Source: a virus
IMG/VR virus record: IMGVR_UViG_3300028840_008180
Location: 28,083-92,082 of that record
Length of the DNA: 64,000 nt
Direction: 5' to 3' (one strand)
This document shows, one piece after another, positions 36,363 to 46,248 of the stretch. Both the position numbers and the translations under genes were made by a program. Below the pieces are notes generated by a model. It searched no databases, had not been told where the DNA came from, and saw only the letters and a list, made by a program, of their open reading frames with translations. How positions within the stretch are numbered: the first letter of the stretch is position 1; each line of letters starts with the position of its first letter.

Positions 36363-37574
36363 ATGCGCTGTCAGGACTACTTGAAGAAAGGTTTCAAGGT
36401 CATTCCACTACAAGTGCGAAGTAAGGAACCTTGTTTCAAACAATGGAACAAACAGTGGTACCGGAAGACGGCCCAGATCATCACTTTCTTTCAAAAGCAT
36501 CCTAATGCCAACATCGGCGTACTGCTTGGTGACTTCTTAGACATTGAAGCCGATGATGAAGCGGCAAACGAATTGTTAGATTTACTTGTAAGTGATTACC
36601 CGCACCCAACCTACCAAAGTTCTAAGTCTCGACACCACCTCTTCAGAAACATATACCCGTCATTGACAAGAAAGACATTCAACGGTATCGAGTTCAGGGC
36701 ATTCAAACATCAATCGGTGTTACCGCCGAGTATTCATCCTGATGGAACGGTTTACACTTGGATTGATTTCAACGGTGGTGAAGTTCCTAATCCGCCGTAC
36801 AAAATCATCCAATATCTTCGACAGAGAAAGGTCTTCCCCGCTGGTAAGTATCTCATGCCCTGGTGTTCGGAGTGTGGCCGAAACTTGGTGGTTAAGAAAC
36901 GAAATTTTCAACGAGAGATAGAGGTTTTTCGTAGGTTAGGACAGAAGTGGCAGTGTGTTAATTGTCGTAGTAAGGAGGTTACGGAGCGTTGTAAATCTTT
37001 GAAGTACGCCAAGAGGAAGGTTGAGAGGCAGAAGCGTAGGCATATCCGAAGACAACAGAAGGACGAATTAAAGATTGGTGTTCAAAAGGGTCGTCGAGCC
37101 CGGATTGATATCATACGCAAGAGGCTATTGAAGGTTCCCGGCAAGGGCGAGAAAGAGTTCGGAATCATATTGGACATTCTCACCGAATGCTACGGTAAGA
37201 AACTCTTCAAGTATAAGCGACAGCGGCCATTCATCGTCCCTGAGGCTAAGTATCAAGAGCAATTTTTCTTCATCGACTTCTTCATTTATCCGTTTCGGAT
37301 GTGTATCGAAATAGATGGTAGTTCGCACAACCGGAAATCGCAACAAGCTTGGGATAGGTGGCGCAGTTCGATCTTAGAATCGCACAAGATCAAGGTGGTC
37401 CGTTTTTCTGACAAACTTGTGTTGCGTGATCCTGGGGCCGTTGTTAAAGAGCTTTTGGAAGAGATGTCTTGTTTTGACGGATGGGTTGGTAAGGATTTGA
37501 TCCGCAAGTTTAAGGAATGCCCGGTATACCTTGCCCAAGCGTATATTGAGGGTAAGTTTCGGAAACATCGCTAA
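36363..37574 (+). CDS. Prim-Pol domain fused to a Zn ribbon and a DUF559/Vsr-like endonuclease
   Basis: N-terminal VIPL....K.P, NIG, DIEAD, H..F, VLPPSIHPDG..Y.W; central CxxC..CxxC; C-terminal FIDF..IEIDG.SH..D..R...L....VVRF. Confidence 0.8.
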   Translation: MRCQDYLKKGFKVIPLQVRSKEPCFKQWNKQWYRKTAQIITFFQKHPNANIGVLLGDFLDIEADDEAANELLDLLVSDYPHPTYQSSKSRHHLFRNIYPSLTRKTFNGIEFRAFKHQSVLPPSIHPDGTVYTWIDFNGGEVPNPPYKIIQYLRQRKVFPAGKYLMPWCSECGRNLVVKKRNFQREIEVFRRLGQKWQCVNCRSKEVTERCKSLKYAKRKVERQKRRHIRRQQKDELKIGVQKGRRARIDIIRKRLLKVPGKGEKEFGIILDILTECYGKKLFKYKRQRPFIVPEAKYQEQFFFIDFFIYPFRMCIEIDGSSHNRKSQQAWDRWRSSILESHKIKVVRFSDKLVLRDPGAVVKELLEEMSCFDGWVGKDLIRKFKECPVYLAQAYIEGKFRKHR

Positions 37575-37606
37575 AGTCTTCCCCTCCCTCTGCCGATCTA
37601 AGAGAT

Positions 37607-38914
37607 ATGTCTATCTCCGATTTCAACGTATTACCAAAGATCGCCAGGGATACCGATATAGGGTACTTCTGTCCGGAGCCATTGATCGGAGATTTCACAA
37701 AACCGTTTGAGGGCAAGTTCATCATTTCGACGGGTGTTGGTCGTATTCGGTGCGACATCTCACAAGTTTCTCTCAAGAGGCTCGTCTACAATTTGGGTGA
37801 GAGTTTCTTCCGGAAAAGTCGCACAATCCTCACTTGGGACATCAAGAGGTTCATCAGTTACCTGAGAATGGTCCAGAAGGGCTCATATAAGCCCCTAGAG
37901 GGCCGTATGATCGATTTGAAATACGGTTTGGCATATCTAGCCCAATCTCATAGGAAGCCACCAGAGAGCCTCATAGAGGCTCTGGCGCTATCTCCTGATA
38001 TCCATACTGACCCTCTATGGAGGAAAGTAAACGCATTAGTTCACACCCCTCTAGCGACAGAGGTTCTTCCGGCGATGGAGACGAGAGGAGTGTTCGACAT
38101 GAGTGTGCCGGAAGTTAAGTACTCAAACTACGAGATCGAAGGCCAGGTGAATGGTCGTCTGTCCACTCCGAAGTTGTCAAACAGATTCCTGACGGTTCAT
38201 TCTCTCACACCCCAGCAGAAGGTACATCTTTCTCCGAGGCGGCGAAATGACCGAGAAACGTACATTTTCATCGAGGTAGATTTCGTTCACATGGAGGTGT
38301 CGATGCTTCAGTGGCTTACTGGAGATGCGGTATTAGGGAGCGATTTGGCGAAATCTACCGACTTTTACGAGACGCTTTTTAACTTCAAAGGAAACGCAGA
38401 GAAGAAGCGAAAGGCGGGAAAGGCGGTCTTTCTGCCTGTGGCTTATGGGCTCCAATCTGCAAATTTGGCAAAAAGGCTAAAGATGTCAGAATTAGCCGCC
38501 GATACCATTATTAGAGAGCTTAAAGATCGGTTCTCAAAATGCTTCTCCTGGCTTGATGAGCGGGAGGAACTTTTGGCCGATAAACCTATTGCCACAGACT
38601 ACCTTGGCCGCAGGCGAGATTTTTCCGGTGAACCATCGCACAAGCGAAGGAATTTCGAGGTTCAATCGCCAGCGGCTACGGTATGTCTGGAGAAGTTAGT
38701 TCATCTTTATCGGGCGTTGCCTGACAATGTGTTATTTCACATTCATGACGGCTACATCCTAACGTGCAAGATGGAAGACTTCATGGAAGTTGCAAAGATA
38801 GCGAAGGACGTACTGGAATCCGAATCGGAGCTTTGTCCTGGTCTTCGGTTCAAAACGAAATGCCGAGTAGGTAGAAACCTCTTCCAATTAAAGGAAGCCA
38901 AACCGAGAGGTTAG
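37607..38914 (+). CDS. short family A DNA polymerase-like protein
   Basis: NGRLS, motif A DF..ME, motif B R..GK.......YG, NF.VQS.AA, motif C HIHD; promoter at 37572-37599. Confidence 0.8.
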   Translation: MSISDFNVLPKIARDTDIGYFCPEPLIGDFTKPFEGKFIISTGVGRIRCDISQVSLKRLVYNLGESFFRKSRTILTWDIKRFISYLRMVQKGSYKPLEGRMIDLKYGLAYLAQSHRKPPESLIEALALSPDIHTDPLWRKVNALVHTPLATEVLPAMETRGVFDMSVPEVKYSNYEIEGQVNGRLSTPKLSNRFLTVHSLTPQQKVHLSPRRRNDRETYIFIEVDFVHMEVSMLQWLTGDAVLGSDLAKSTDFYETLFNFKGNAEKKRKAGKAVFLPVAYGLQSANLAKRLKMSELAADTIIRELKDRFSKCFSWLDEREELLADKPIATDYLGRRRDFSGEPSHKRRNFEVQSPAATVCLEKLVHLYRALPDNVLFHIHDGYILTCKMEDFMEVAKIAKDVLESESELCPGLRFKTKCRVGRNLFQLKEAKPRG

Positions 38915-38916
38915 AC

Positions 38917-39246
38917 ATGATTGAATTACGCCCCGCTTCGATGAAACTCGAAATCGGCCCCGGAGCAAGTTTTCCGGAATATCTGGATGACATCACCCAC
39001 CGCTTCATTGATGTTATCGGTGGTGACCCCACCCAGCAGACTCACCCTTGGGTGAACGATCATCAGTCGGTTACGTTCTCAATGCGGCGACCGACGACAC
39101 ACGACCTAGCGAATCTCGCTTGTATTGTAGCGCAAATCAAGCCTGATCGAATCGATTACCTAAACGCCTGCGGAGACCACTGCATTGTGTATTGGATGCA
39201 GTGGGATGCAGAACAAAAGGAGGAGAAAGATGAAAACTCTACTTAG
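38917..39246 (+). CDS. hypothetical protein
   Basis: GAGG RBS. Confidence 0.65.
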   Translation: MIELRPASMKLEIGPGASFPEYLDDITHRFIDVIGGDPTQQTHPWVNDHQSVTFSMRRPTTHDLANLACIVAQIKPDRIDYLNACGDHCIVYWMQWDAEQKEEKDENST

Positions 39247-40261
39247 TCTCAGTTTAGTCTTGGTACTCGCAGCAGCAGCAGTGCAGGCCCAAGAAAGTCC
39301 GAAGAAGATTGCCATCGGCCTAGATGCTGATGCGAATGAACTGTTCCAGGCGCAGCAAGTAGCTGATCCTGTCGAACCGCCTGTTACAACCCCTGTGACA
39401 GACCCGGTACCACCTACACCACCAGCCGATGAAATCATCCAGATAAAAGGTCCGGATGGTGTGAAGACTGTGATTGTCAAACCACAGTCACCTCGCCAAA
39501 GGTACGGCTACGCTGGTCACGGCGGTATCCAGTGGGGTGGCCGAGGTTACAGTGATTGGGGAGATTACAACCACGCCTCAACTGCCGCTGAAGGCTATCT
39601 GAGTGGCGTTGGAAGATTAAGAGAAGGTCAAGCGAGATTCCTTGAAGGTCTCGGTCGTTACCAGAACATGCACCAGGAGGCCAGAACGAAAGCTATCGAG
39701 AACTGGTCTTTCGGCGTGGAGACTTGGTGGTACCTGAAAGATCAGTACCGTGAGCGAAAGTATGGTAAAGACTGGATCGACAAAGAGAACCACCGCCTTG
39801 ACCAGATTGAGCGGCGTAAAATGTTGGAATGGCGGAAGAAGGACTTCATCGCCAAAGGCATGCTTCCTAAACCTCAGCCACAATCTTGTGTCATCCGTGG
39901 TAGGAAGTACAAGACTGTCGATGAGTGGAAAGGGACGGCGGACCATATCCTTCACCAACTGGAGCTACAGGAGAGGGATATCAGGAACGCCCTGAAGAAA
40001 CTCCGCAGCACCGACGCCTTCAGACGAGTGGTTGAGTGGGAGAGGATGTCCGAATACGAAAGGCACCGCTATCGCACGAAGCAGAAAGCTGCTGCCGTTC
40101 TGGGTGAGCCTACCCCCGACCTAATCACCCGTAAAGGTAGGGAGATGGCCGAACTCTCTCTCGAAGAGGCTCAGCGTCAGGTCCTGGCCAAGCAGAAGGC
40201 CGTTAAGGAGTTTATCAAGATCAAAGGGAATGTGGTCATAGACCCAGTAGGAGGTAAGTGA
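39230..40261 (+). CDS. secreted hypothetical protein
   Basis: Signal peptide MKTLLSLSLVLVLAAAAVQA; AGGAGG RBS. Confidence 0.75.
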   Translation: MKTLLSLSLVLVLAAAAVQAQESPKKIAIGLDADANELFQAQQVADPVEPPVTTPVTDPVPPTPPADEIIQIKGPDGVKTVIVKPQSPRQRYGYAGHGGIQWGGRGYSDWGDYNHASTAAEGYLSGVGRLREGQARFLEGLGRYQNMHQEARTKAIENWSFGVETWWYLKDQYRERKYGKDWIDKENHRLDQIERRKMLEWRKKDFIAKGMLPKPQPQSCVIRGRKYKTVDEWKGTADHILHQLELQERDIRNALKKLRSTDAFRRVVEWERMSEYERHRYRTKQKAAAVLGEPTPDLITRKGREMAELSLEEAQRQVLAKQKAVKEFIKIKGNVVIDPVGGK

Positions 40262-40752
40262 TGAAGAAGAGATTTCACCATAACTTCCAGAATGATAGCG
40301 ATGAAGGATTCTGGATTGTTTTTCTAATCGTAGTGGTGATGCTGATCCTTGCCATGAGCTTTGGATGCGGGAAAACCGTCGAGCCAACAATGACATCGGA
40401 AAGAGTCCAAACCCCACAATTTGGTGAGGAAGTTGTTGGCCCAGCGACATCGTTTGAGCAAGCAATGGAACTTGCTCAACGCCATAATCGTTCCGTTCTC
40501 CTCATTTTCAGTTCTACATGGTGTGATCCTTGTAAGATTATGGAAAATGAGGTCTGGTCCTCGCCAACTGTGCAGCGAAAACTGAAGAAGTTTATCGTCT
40601 ACAAGGTTGATGTGGATCGGCAACGGAGTTTAGCGAACAAGTTTGGTGTCCGTACCGTCCCGACGTACATCATCCTAGATGAGGATGCCAAGCCTGTTCG
40701 CATTGGTTCCGGCCAGCGCAATCACAGCGAGATTATGCGTTGGTTGGATTGA
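40258..40752 (+). CDS. membrane-anchored thioredoxin-family protein
   Basis: WCDPC, VDVD, VPT; N-terminal hydrophobic/lipobox segment. Confidence 0.85.
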   Translation: MMKKRFHHNFQNDSDEGFWIVFLIVVVMLILAMSFGCGKTVEPTMTSERVQTPQFGEEVVGPATSFEQAMELAQRHNRSVLLIFSSTWCDPCKIMENEVWSSPTVQRKLKKFIVYKVDVDRQRSLANKFGVRTVPTYIILDEDAKPVRIGSGQRNHSEIMRWLD

Positions 40753-40778
40753 TCTGACCTCTTTAGGTTAGAATGATG

Positions 40779-40820
40779 AAAACCACCCCCTGCGGCTTTG
40801 CCCGCAGGGGGTGGTTTTTT
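40779..40820. terminator. bidirectional intrinsic terminator
   Basis: AAAACCACCCCCTGCGG...CCGCAGGGGGTGGTTTTTT between convergent genes. Confidence 0.85.
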
Positions 40821-40823
40821 GCG

Positions 40824-41273
40824 CTAGTAGCTAGGCGTAGCGAATAAGACGCACCAGTACAACCTACCACTTTTGCTTTTCGCTATAGCGGTTCCGATGT
40901 GCGTGAATTTACCTAGGATGTTCTTCCGGTGCCCCTCTGACTCCATCCAGCCTCTTGTTACGCCGTCGACGCTGTGGTAGCCAGCGGCGATATTCTCGGC
41001 GACCATATAGTAGTCGTACCCTTCTACTTCTACACGGTCTGACGGTCGGCTACCGCCTTTTCCGTAGTGGCTTAGTTGGTCTCTTTTGGCCATGTAGCTG
41101 GCATGTTTTTGAGCGGCGGTGTTGAGTCGCTCGTCAACGACCAGATAGTTGAGCTTGTATTCTTCTCGAATGTTGTTGTGTTCATAGACAAGGCCGTCCA
41201 TTTCGATTGGTGTGTAGGATGCGCAGCCTACGAGTAAACAAAGGCCGAAGAGTAGTGGTAGGAATGGTCTCAT
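40824..41273 (-). CDS. CAP (SCP) domain lipoprotein
   Basis: LVGC lipobox, HN..R, AAQ.HA..MA, AENIA.G, WM.S.GH..NIL. Confidence 0.9.
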   Translation of the reverse strand: MRPFLPLLFGLCLLVGCASYTPIEMDGLVYEHNNIREEYKLNYLVVDERLNTAAQKHASYMAKRDQLSHYGKGGSRPSDRVEVEGYDYYMVAENIAAGYHSVDGVTRGWMESEGHRKNILGKFTHIGTAIAKSKSGRLYWCVLFATPSY

Positions 41274-41476
41274 ATTCTCTCCTAATTTACGGGAGTTTGT
41301 AGGTGAAGATTTTTCCTCCCAGGATAGATAGTGAGAACCTTCCTTTATTTCCTTTTCGTAAGTTCATTGCGATAGCGATCCGTCTCGTGATATTTTTGGG
41401 GAAATCCTAATAAAATCTGTAACTTTTACTAAGGTTTATGAATAGATACTGTCGTTAATAGGATAGGGACCCATTT

Positions 41477-41941
41477 ATGGAGAATGATATGTCAAAGAGA
41501 AAGAGTGGTTGGCCTAAGGGTAAAGAGATTCGTCAGATTTTGTTGCACTATGTGGATGTTGGGAATTTGTCGCCCTTTAAGGCTGATGCGTTTATTGATC
41601 GATGTAAGGATATGATGAGGGACATCATTGAACAACTTCAGGAGCAAGGAGTGGCTCTTATCACAATACCCGTGAGACCCGGTTGTGCTACCCGCATGGA
41701 GGTGATGCCTTTGATCGAGTCGGACTCTTCATTTGATGTCGAACCGCAGTCAATGGTAGAGTGGAGTGAAATCAGCAAGCCACAATGTGAAGAGAGCAAT
41801 CCACCGCAGGACGACCACCCAGATGAAGATCATAAGAGGTGGTTTCAGGAGTTCAAAAAGTCGGTACAGGATGAACACATCAAGGTTACGCTCGATGAGG
41901 AGGAGTTGACACTTGATGTGAAGATTGCCGAAGAGGAATAA
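41477..41941 (+). CDS. hypothetical protein
   Basis: 154-aa ORF. Confidence 0.7.
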   Translation: MENDMSKRKSGWPKGKEIRQILLHYVDVGNLSPFKADAFIDRCKDMMRDIIEQLQEQGVALITIPVRPGCATRMEVMPLIESDSSFDVEPQSMVEWSEISKPQCEESNPPQDDHPDEDHKRWFQEFKKSVQDEHIKVTLDEEELTLDVKIAEEE

Positions 41942-41952
41942 GGATATGCCCG

Positions 41953-42059
41953 TGGTCGGAAGCACCTCGGTATCTGTCCAAGGATGGCCTCACGGATGAT
42001 TGGACAGGAGGTTAGGAACGAATCGACGGATCGATTGTGATATCGAGGTATTCCGACCA
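41953..42059 (+). ncRNA. candidate structured RNA (three-way junction) upstream of the sigma factor gene
   Basis: TGGTCGGAA/TTCCGACCA, ACCTCGGTATC/GATATCGAGGT, TGTCCAA/TTGGACA, AATCGA/TCGATT. Confidence 0.55.
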
Positions 42060-42105
42060 AGACTTATATGCGTACAAACCTGTATTTTTAACCCCTAGGA
42101 GAAAG

Positions 42106-42690
42106 ATGGATTACATCCTTAACACGTTTCCCATCCAAGACATTGAGTACCAAAGGCTGGATGAAGAGTTCGGTGACTTGGTACACTACGCTGCTTGGCA
42201 GCTAGTTCAAAAGAATGTCAAAAACAACCACACAGATGATCAGGAAGATATCGCCCAAGACATACGATGGGCGACCATCCGTGCTGGTTCTTATTTCAAA
42301 CGTCAAGTGTACCTGGAGAGGTGCATGAAGATCGTGCGTGATTATGTTCGAGATGAGGTTGTCGTTACAATCTTGGACGAGCTAGAGAATCTATGGCACA
42401 ATAGAACGAAGCATGGCGCTAACAAGCAGAAGTTTGGTAGGCACCAAGAAATTCTTCTGGATGAACTTGTCAATCGTTATGTTCCATCGAAGGTGCGGCC
42501 TCGTAAAGATGCGCCGTTGGACATTGATAAGAAGTTTACCACATATTGCAAGGCGATTATCTGGAATTGTCAGAAGAGTTTGGGTAAGAAGATTACTCGT
42601 GAGAAATCGATTCGTTCAGGAATCGTAAGTTTATCCGAGTATGATTACCTTGTTTCACAGTCCGGTGAAATATCTGTTGTCAAGAAATGA
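42106..42690 (+). CDS. region-2-only sigma factor (T4 gp55-like late sigma)
   Basis: LVHYAAWQL...EDIAQD...A (regions 2.1/2.2) and KFTTYC..II.N (regions 2.3/2.4); no region 4. Confidence 0.65.
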   Translation: MDYILNTFPIQDIEYQRLDEEFGDLVHYAAWQLVQKNVKNNHTDDQEDIAQDIRWATIRAGSYFKRQVYLERCMKIVRDYVRDEVVVTILDELENLWHNRTKHGANKQKFGRHQEILLDELVNRYVPSKVRPRKDAPLDIDKKFTTYCKAIIWNCQKSLGKKITREKSIRSGIVSLSEYDYLVSQSGEISVVKK

Positions 42691-42744
42691 TTTTCTCTTA
42701 ATTCAATTCGTCTTCCTGCCGATACATTAGAAAGTGGAGGAAGA

Positions 42745-44214
42745 ATGAATAACGAACATGATGCTGACCGAGCAGAACTTGAGCGTCTCAATCTGCACAA
42801 TCCTGATGATGTTGAAAACGAATATTTTGACTGGCCTGACGAGTTTCTACAAAGGATACTTGGGTCGCTACTATGTGATCCATACTTTCTAATCCAAGGA
42901 ATGGACTTAATCAAGCCCGAATACTTTCGGGAGAACGTCCATCGCTTTCTTTGTAAGACGACCTTAGATCATTACAAGAAGTACAACAAGCAACCCGACG
43001 AACACATTCTTGAAGCTGAAATCCGAGAGCACATTGGTACTGGTTTGAGTTTGGAGTACTATCTCGCTGAAATGCGAATGGTATGTGACGCATACGAACC
43101 GGGCCTTGAGCGTCGGGAGTATTTCTTAGACAAGATCACCGAGTTTGCAAAGACTCAATCACTACGCCTAGCGTATCATAAGACACTCTCGCTCTTTGGT
43201 ACCAAAGATGCTGGGAAGTGGGCGAAGATTAGGGCGCTCCTTGAAGAGGCATTTCTTGTCGAGCGTAACGTCGAGATAGGTCTTGATTATTTCGAGACGA
43301 TTGAAGAGCGTTACAAGCGTGTTATGCAAGGCAAAGAGGAGAAGGAGTATTTCCCAACTGGGTTCCCGTTAATCGATCAGGCATTAGGTGGCGGGATGCT
43401 AAGGGGTGAGGCCGGTGCTTTCGCCGGAATGAGTGGTTCTGGTAAGAGTCTCGCACTCGTCAAGGTGAGCAAGGAGAACCTACTCAGAGGCAAGAACGTT
43501 CTTTACGTCTCATTGGAGTTGGATGAAGACCTCGTTGCGGAACGTTTCGACTCGATGATCACAAATTATCCGATTCGATCATTGTACTTCGATCCGATAC
43601 CACGGAATGTGAAGGTTGCGTTAGACGAAGAGCGTGGTCACTGTGGGTGTCTGGTGATCAAGCAATTCCCCGCTGGTGCCGCCGACGTTTCCACGGTAAG
43701 GGCGTACATCGCACAACTGAACCTGCATGACTTCGTACCCGACCTTGTGATCATTGATTACGTTGGTGAGTGTAGAGATATTCCTGGTATCAAAACATAC
43801 GAAAGTCGCCAACGACTAATTCGTGATATGAGAGGTTTGGCAACCGAGCTTGATATCTGCCTCCTAACAGCCATGCAGGTTAATCGTGGTGGTCGTGATG
43901 CAATGGAGAACAAGGGTTATCTTGATGATGATGTCTTGGCTGATAGTATTGGTCAGGTCCGCCCACTGGATGCCCTTTGGACCATCAGTCAAAACGATAC
44001 AGAACAGAAAGCTGCGGTGGGTACGATTTTCATATCAAAGCACCGTAGAGGTGTTGGTAGGTTAAGGTTTTACTTCGAGCGTGATATCAATACGTTGGAG
44101 ATGAGAGAGATCAGTAAGGAAAAATATGAAAAAGAGTTAAGTAAAGTGAAGGATAAGTCGATAGATGAAATAGAGATGGAGAAGCTATCTGGTGATACCA
44201 AAGGCTTCTTCTAA
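42745..44214 (+). CDS. DnaB/gp41-like replicative helicase
   Basis: PTGF..ID..LGGG, GMSGSGKS, SLE, IIDY, TAMQ.NR, ADS, K.R; promoter at 42698-42725. Confidence 0.92.
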   Translation: MNNEHDADRAELERLNLHNPDDVENEYFDWPDEFLQRILGSLLCDPYFLIQGMDLIKPEYFRENVHRFLCKTTLDHYKKYNKQPDEHILEAEIREHIGTGLSLEYYLAEMRMVCDAYEPGLERREYFLDKITEFAKTQSLRLAYHKTLSLFGTKDAGKWAKIRALLEEAFLVERNVEIGLDYFETIEERYKRVMQGKEEKEYFPTGFPLIDQALGGGMLRGEAGAFAGMSGSGKSLALVKVSKENLLRGKNVLYVSLELDEDLVAERFDSMITNYPIRSLYFDPIPRNVKVALDEERGHCGCLVIKQFPAGAADVSTVRAYIAQLNLHDFVPDLVIIDYVGECRDIPGIKTYESRQRLIRDMRGLATELDICLLTAMQVNRGGRDAMENKGYLDDDVLADSIGQVRPLDALWTISQNDTEQKAAVGTIFISKHRRGVGRLRFYFERDINTLEMREISKEKYEKELSKVKDKSIDEIEMEKLSGDTKGFF

Positions 44215-44238
44215 TACTTTTAACACAAGGAGAATACG

Positions 44239-44709
44239 ATGAAAGTAAAAGTTGGCGATAACGAGGTCAACCTTGATCCGAAAAACCTTGACGTGGATGA
44301 GGTGAATATGAACGAGTTCCTGAAGGAATTTGCAGGCACCTACAACCACTACGCAACACAGTGGGCGACAGCGCAGTATATTCAGCGCAGCGCCGAAGAT
44401 CGCTATGATATCACTTACGCTGAGCGGTTCCGATTCTATAAGGAGAACGATGGCGGGAGCGATAAGTTGGTCGAGGCTAAAGTGAAAGTTCACGATGCCG
44501 TTGTGGAGGCTAAGAGAAAGGTACAGCAATCGAAGTATGTAACGACGTTGCTTAACAGTTACCTCCGCTCTCTCGACAAAGCTTACGAGAGTGCTTTGAA
44601 TCTAGGTTACAACATCCGAAAGGAAATGGATAAGTTGTATCCGAAAAGCGTGAGTGAATTTCCCAAAAACGTAGATGAAGAGGTCGCAAAGGTATGTGCG
44701 GCTGAATAG
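44239..44709 (+). CDS. UvsY-like recombination mediator (tentative)
   Basis: Helical protein of about 150 aa in a replication/recombination context; weak resemblance only. Confidence 0.5.
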   Translation: MKVKVGDNEVNLDPKNLDVDEVNMNEFLKEFAGTYNHYATQWATAQYIQRSAEDRYDITYAERFRFYKENDGGSDKLVEAKVKVHDAVVEAKRKVQQSKYVTTLLNSYLRSLDKAYESALNLGYNIRKEMDKLYPKSVSEFPKNVDEEVAKVCAAE

Positions 44710-44757
44710 TGGGAATATGATGTTTGTATAGACCTTGACGACTATGGGTCTAGTTAA

Positions 44758-44796
44758 GCCGCCCGAGGTTAGAAAACCTCGGGCGGCATTTTTTTT
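44758..44796 (+). terminator. intrinsic terminator
   Basis: GCCGCCCGAGGTT...AACCTCGGGCGGC-A-T8. Confidence 0.88.
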
Positions 44797-44954
44797 GCTC
44801 AACTTATGTTTCGTTTATGTCGATGATATGAATAGGAGATAACGATGATTGGTAACATACCATTCATGATATTCTGCGTAATACTCGCAACTAGTTTATT
44901 CGTATCAATAGCGGGAATCTACCATGTGAAAACGTAGAAGGATTGGGAAGACGT

Positions 44955-45554
44955 ATGATAGACCCTACCAAGATGACACGGTATGGATTGAACCAACACC
45001 AGCTAGAAGAGACGGCTCTCTTCAGCGTTCTTGCGGTGCAAGCAAATGCCGCATCTTCCGCTAAGCGGTTGGATTGGATACTGAGGTACCTTCGGAAAAT
45101 CTTCAAGAAGGATCGCCGAACTGGCCCATTTGCAATCCTACAGAGGTGGCTTGCTTTCCACTCTATTGCCGAACTTCGTGCCATGATGAAGTCTCTGGGC
45201 ATTGGTAAACACGGCATGAAGAGTCGTGCCTTCTTTGAGTTGGTATACAGCGGTCTTGATCTCAAGACTTGCACTCTGGAAGACCTGGAGAAGATACATG
45301 GTATCGGACGAAAAACCTCACGGTTTTTCGTCCTCCACACTCGCCCTAAGGTACGGGTGGCGGCACTGGATACACATATCTTGGCGTACATGCGTGACCA
45401 GGGGTTTGATGTTCCGCAGTCTGCGCCTGGAAGTGCCAAGCGGTACAACGAGATTGAGCAGCAATTCATTGAGCATGCTGACTCGCTGGGGCGTGACATA
45501 GCTGAGTTTGATCTCGAAATTTGGAATGAGTACTCGAAGAATGGAGCAAAGTGA
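44955..45554 (+). CDS. HhH-GPD DNA glycosylase/lyase (8-oxoguanine glycosylase-like)
   Basis: I.GIG.KTSRFF HhH motif with Lys; A.LDTHIL catalytic Asp; Y.EIE; D..IW. Confidence 0.8.
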   Translation: MIDPTKMTRYGLNQHQLEETALFSVLAVQANAASSAKRLDWILRYLRKIFKKDRRTGPFAILQRWLAFHSIAELRAMMKSLGIGKHGMKSRAFFELVYSGLDLKTCTLEDLEKIHGIGRKTSRFFVLHTRPKVRVAALDTHILAYMRDQGFDVPQSAPGSAKRYNEIEQQFIEHADSLGRDIAEFDLEIWNEYSKNGAK

Positions 45555-45850
45555 TGGATTACATTAAGTATACCGAGTTCAATGATTGGGAGGGTGAGAC
45601 ATGGCATTTCTACATCCCCATCAAAGGGAATGAAGAGGCCGTTACTGACCTGCGAGGGATATGTGATGGTGAGTGTTACTGCGTAGCTGACGAACTAATT
45701 CCCGAAGAGGAGGTTGATGTTCTCGTTAAGCACTCTGCGGTTGGTTACATGCGTAAGCATAATAAGCTTTCGGGAAAATTAACACCGACTGAAGACCTTT
45801 ACAAAGGTGGTATCGTTAAGATGATGGAGGAAAATGATGGCGGAAAATAG
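45551..45850 (+). CDS. hypothetical protein
   Basis: Coupled ORF. Confidence 0.7.
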   Translation: MMDYIKYTEFNDWEGETWHFYIPIKGNEEAVTDLRGICDGECYCVADELIPEEEVDVLVKHSAVGYMRKHNKLSGKLTPTEDLYKGGIVKMMEENDGGK

Positions 45851-46244
45851 CAAGATTGTCGGAATGGAGCGGGTAGACCTTCCTCTCGACCATCCTGAAC
45901 GGACGCATATCAAACCCAAGAAGAAGACCAAGTGTAAGAACTACAGTCGGTACAAAGGTATTCACAAGCCGCATTGTTTGGGTGGACCTGGGTGTGATGC
46001 CTGCTGGGAGAAGTACCACGCCAACTGTGAGCACCCTTTTGGTGAGTTGTCTTACAAGATTGACGAGTCGTTCATCGGTAAGGGTGAACCAATAAAGCTT
46101 CTGACGTGCAATAGGTGCAAAATGGTTTTCCCCAACTGGCAGTGGGTGCCCTCATCTTTCCTGGTTGAGAAGCTTATCGAAGTCCAGACGAAGATTGAAG
46201 ACCTTGAGTTTACTGTTGCTGAGTTACAACGTAGATTGTACTAG
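45834..46244 (+). CDS. Cys/His-rich hypothetical protein
   Basis: Coupled ORF with CxxC pairs. Confidence 0.65.
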   Translation: MMAENSKIVGMERVDLPLDHPERTHIKPKKKTKCKNYSRYKGIHKPHCLGGPGCDACWEKYHANCEHPFGELSYKIDESFIGKGEPIKLLTCNRCKMVFPNWQWVPSSFLVEKLIEVQTKIEDLEFTVAELQRRLY

Positions 46245-46248
46245 AACT

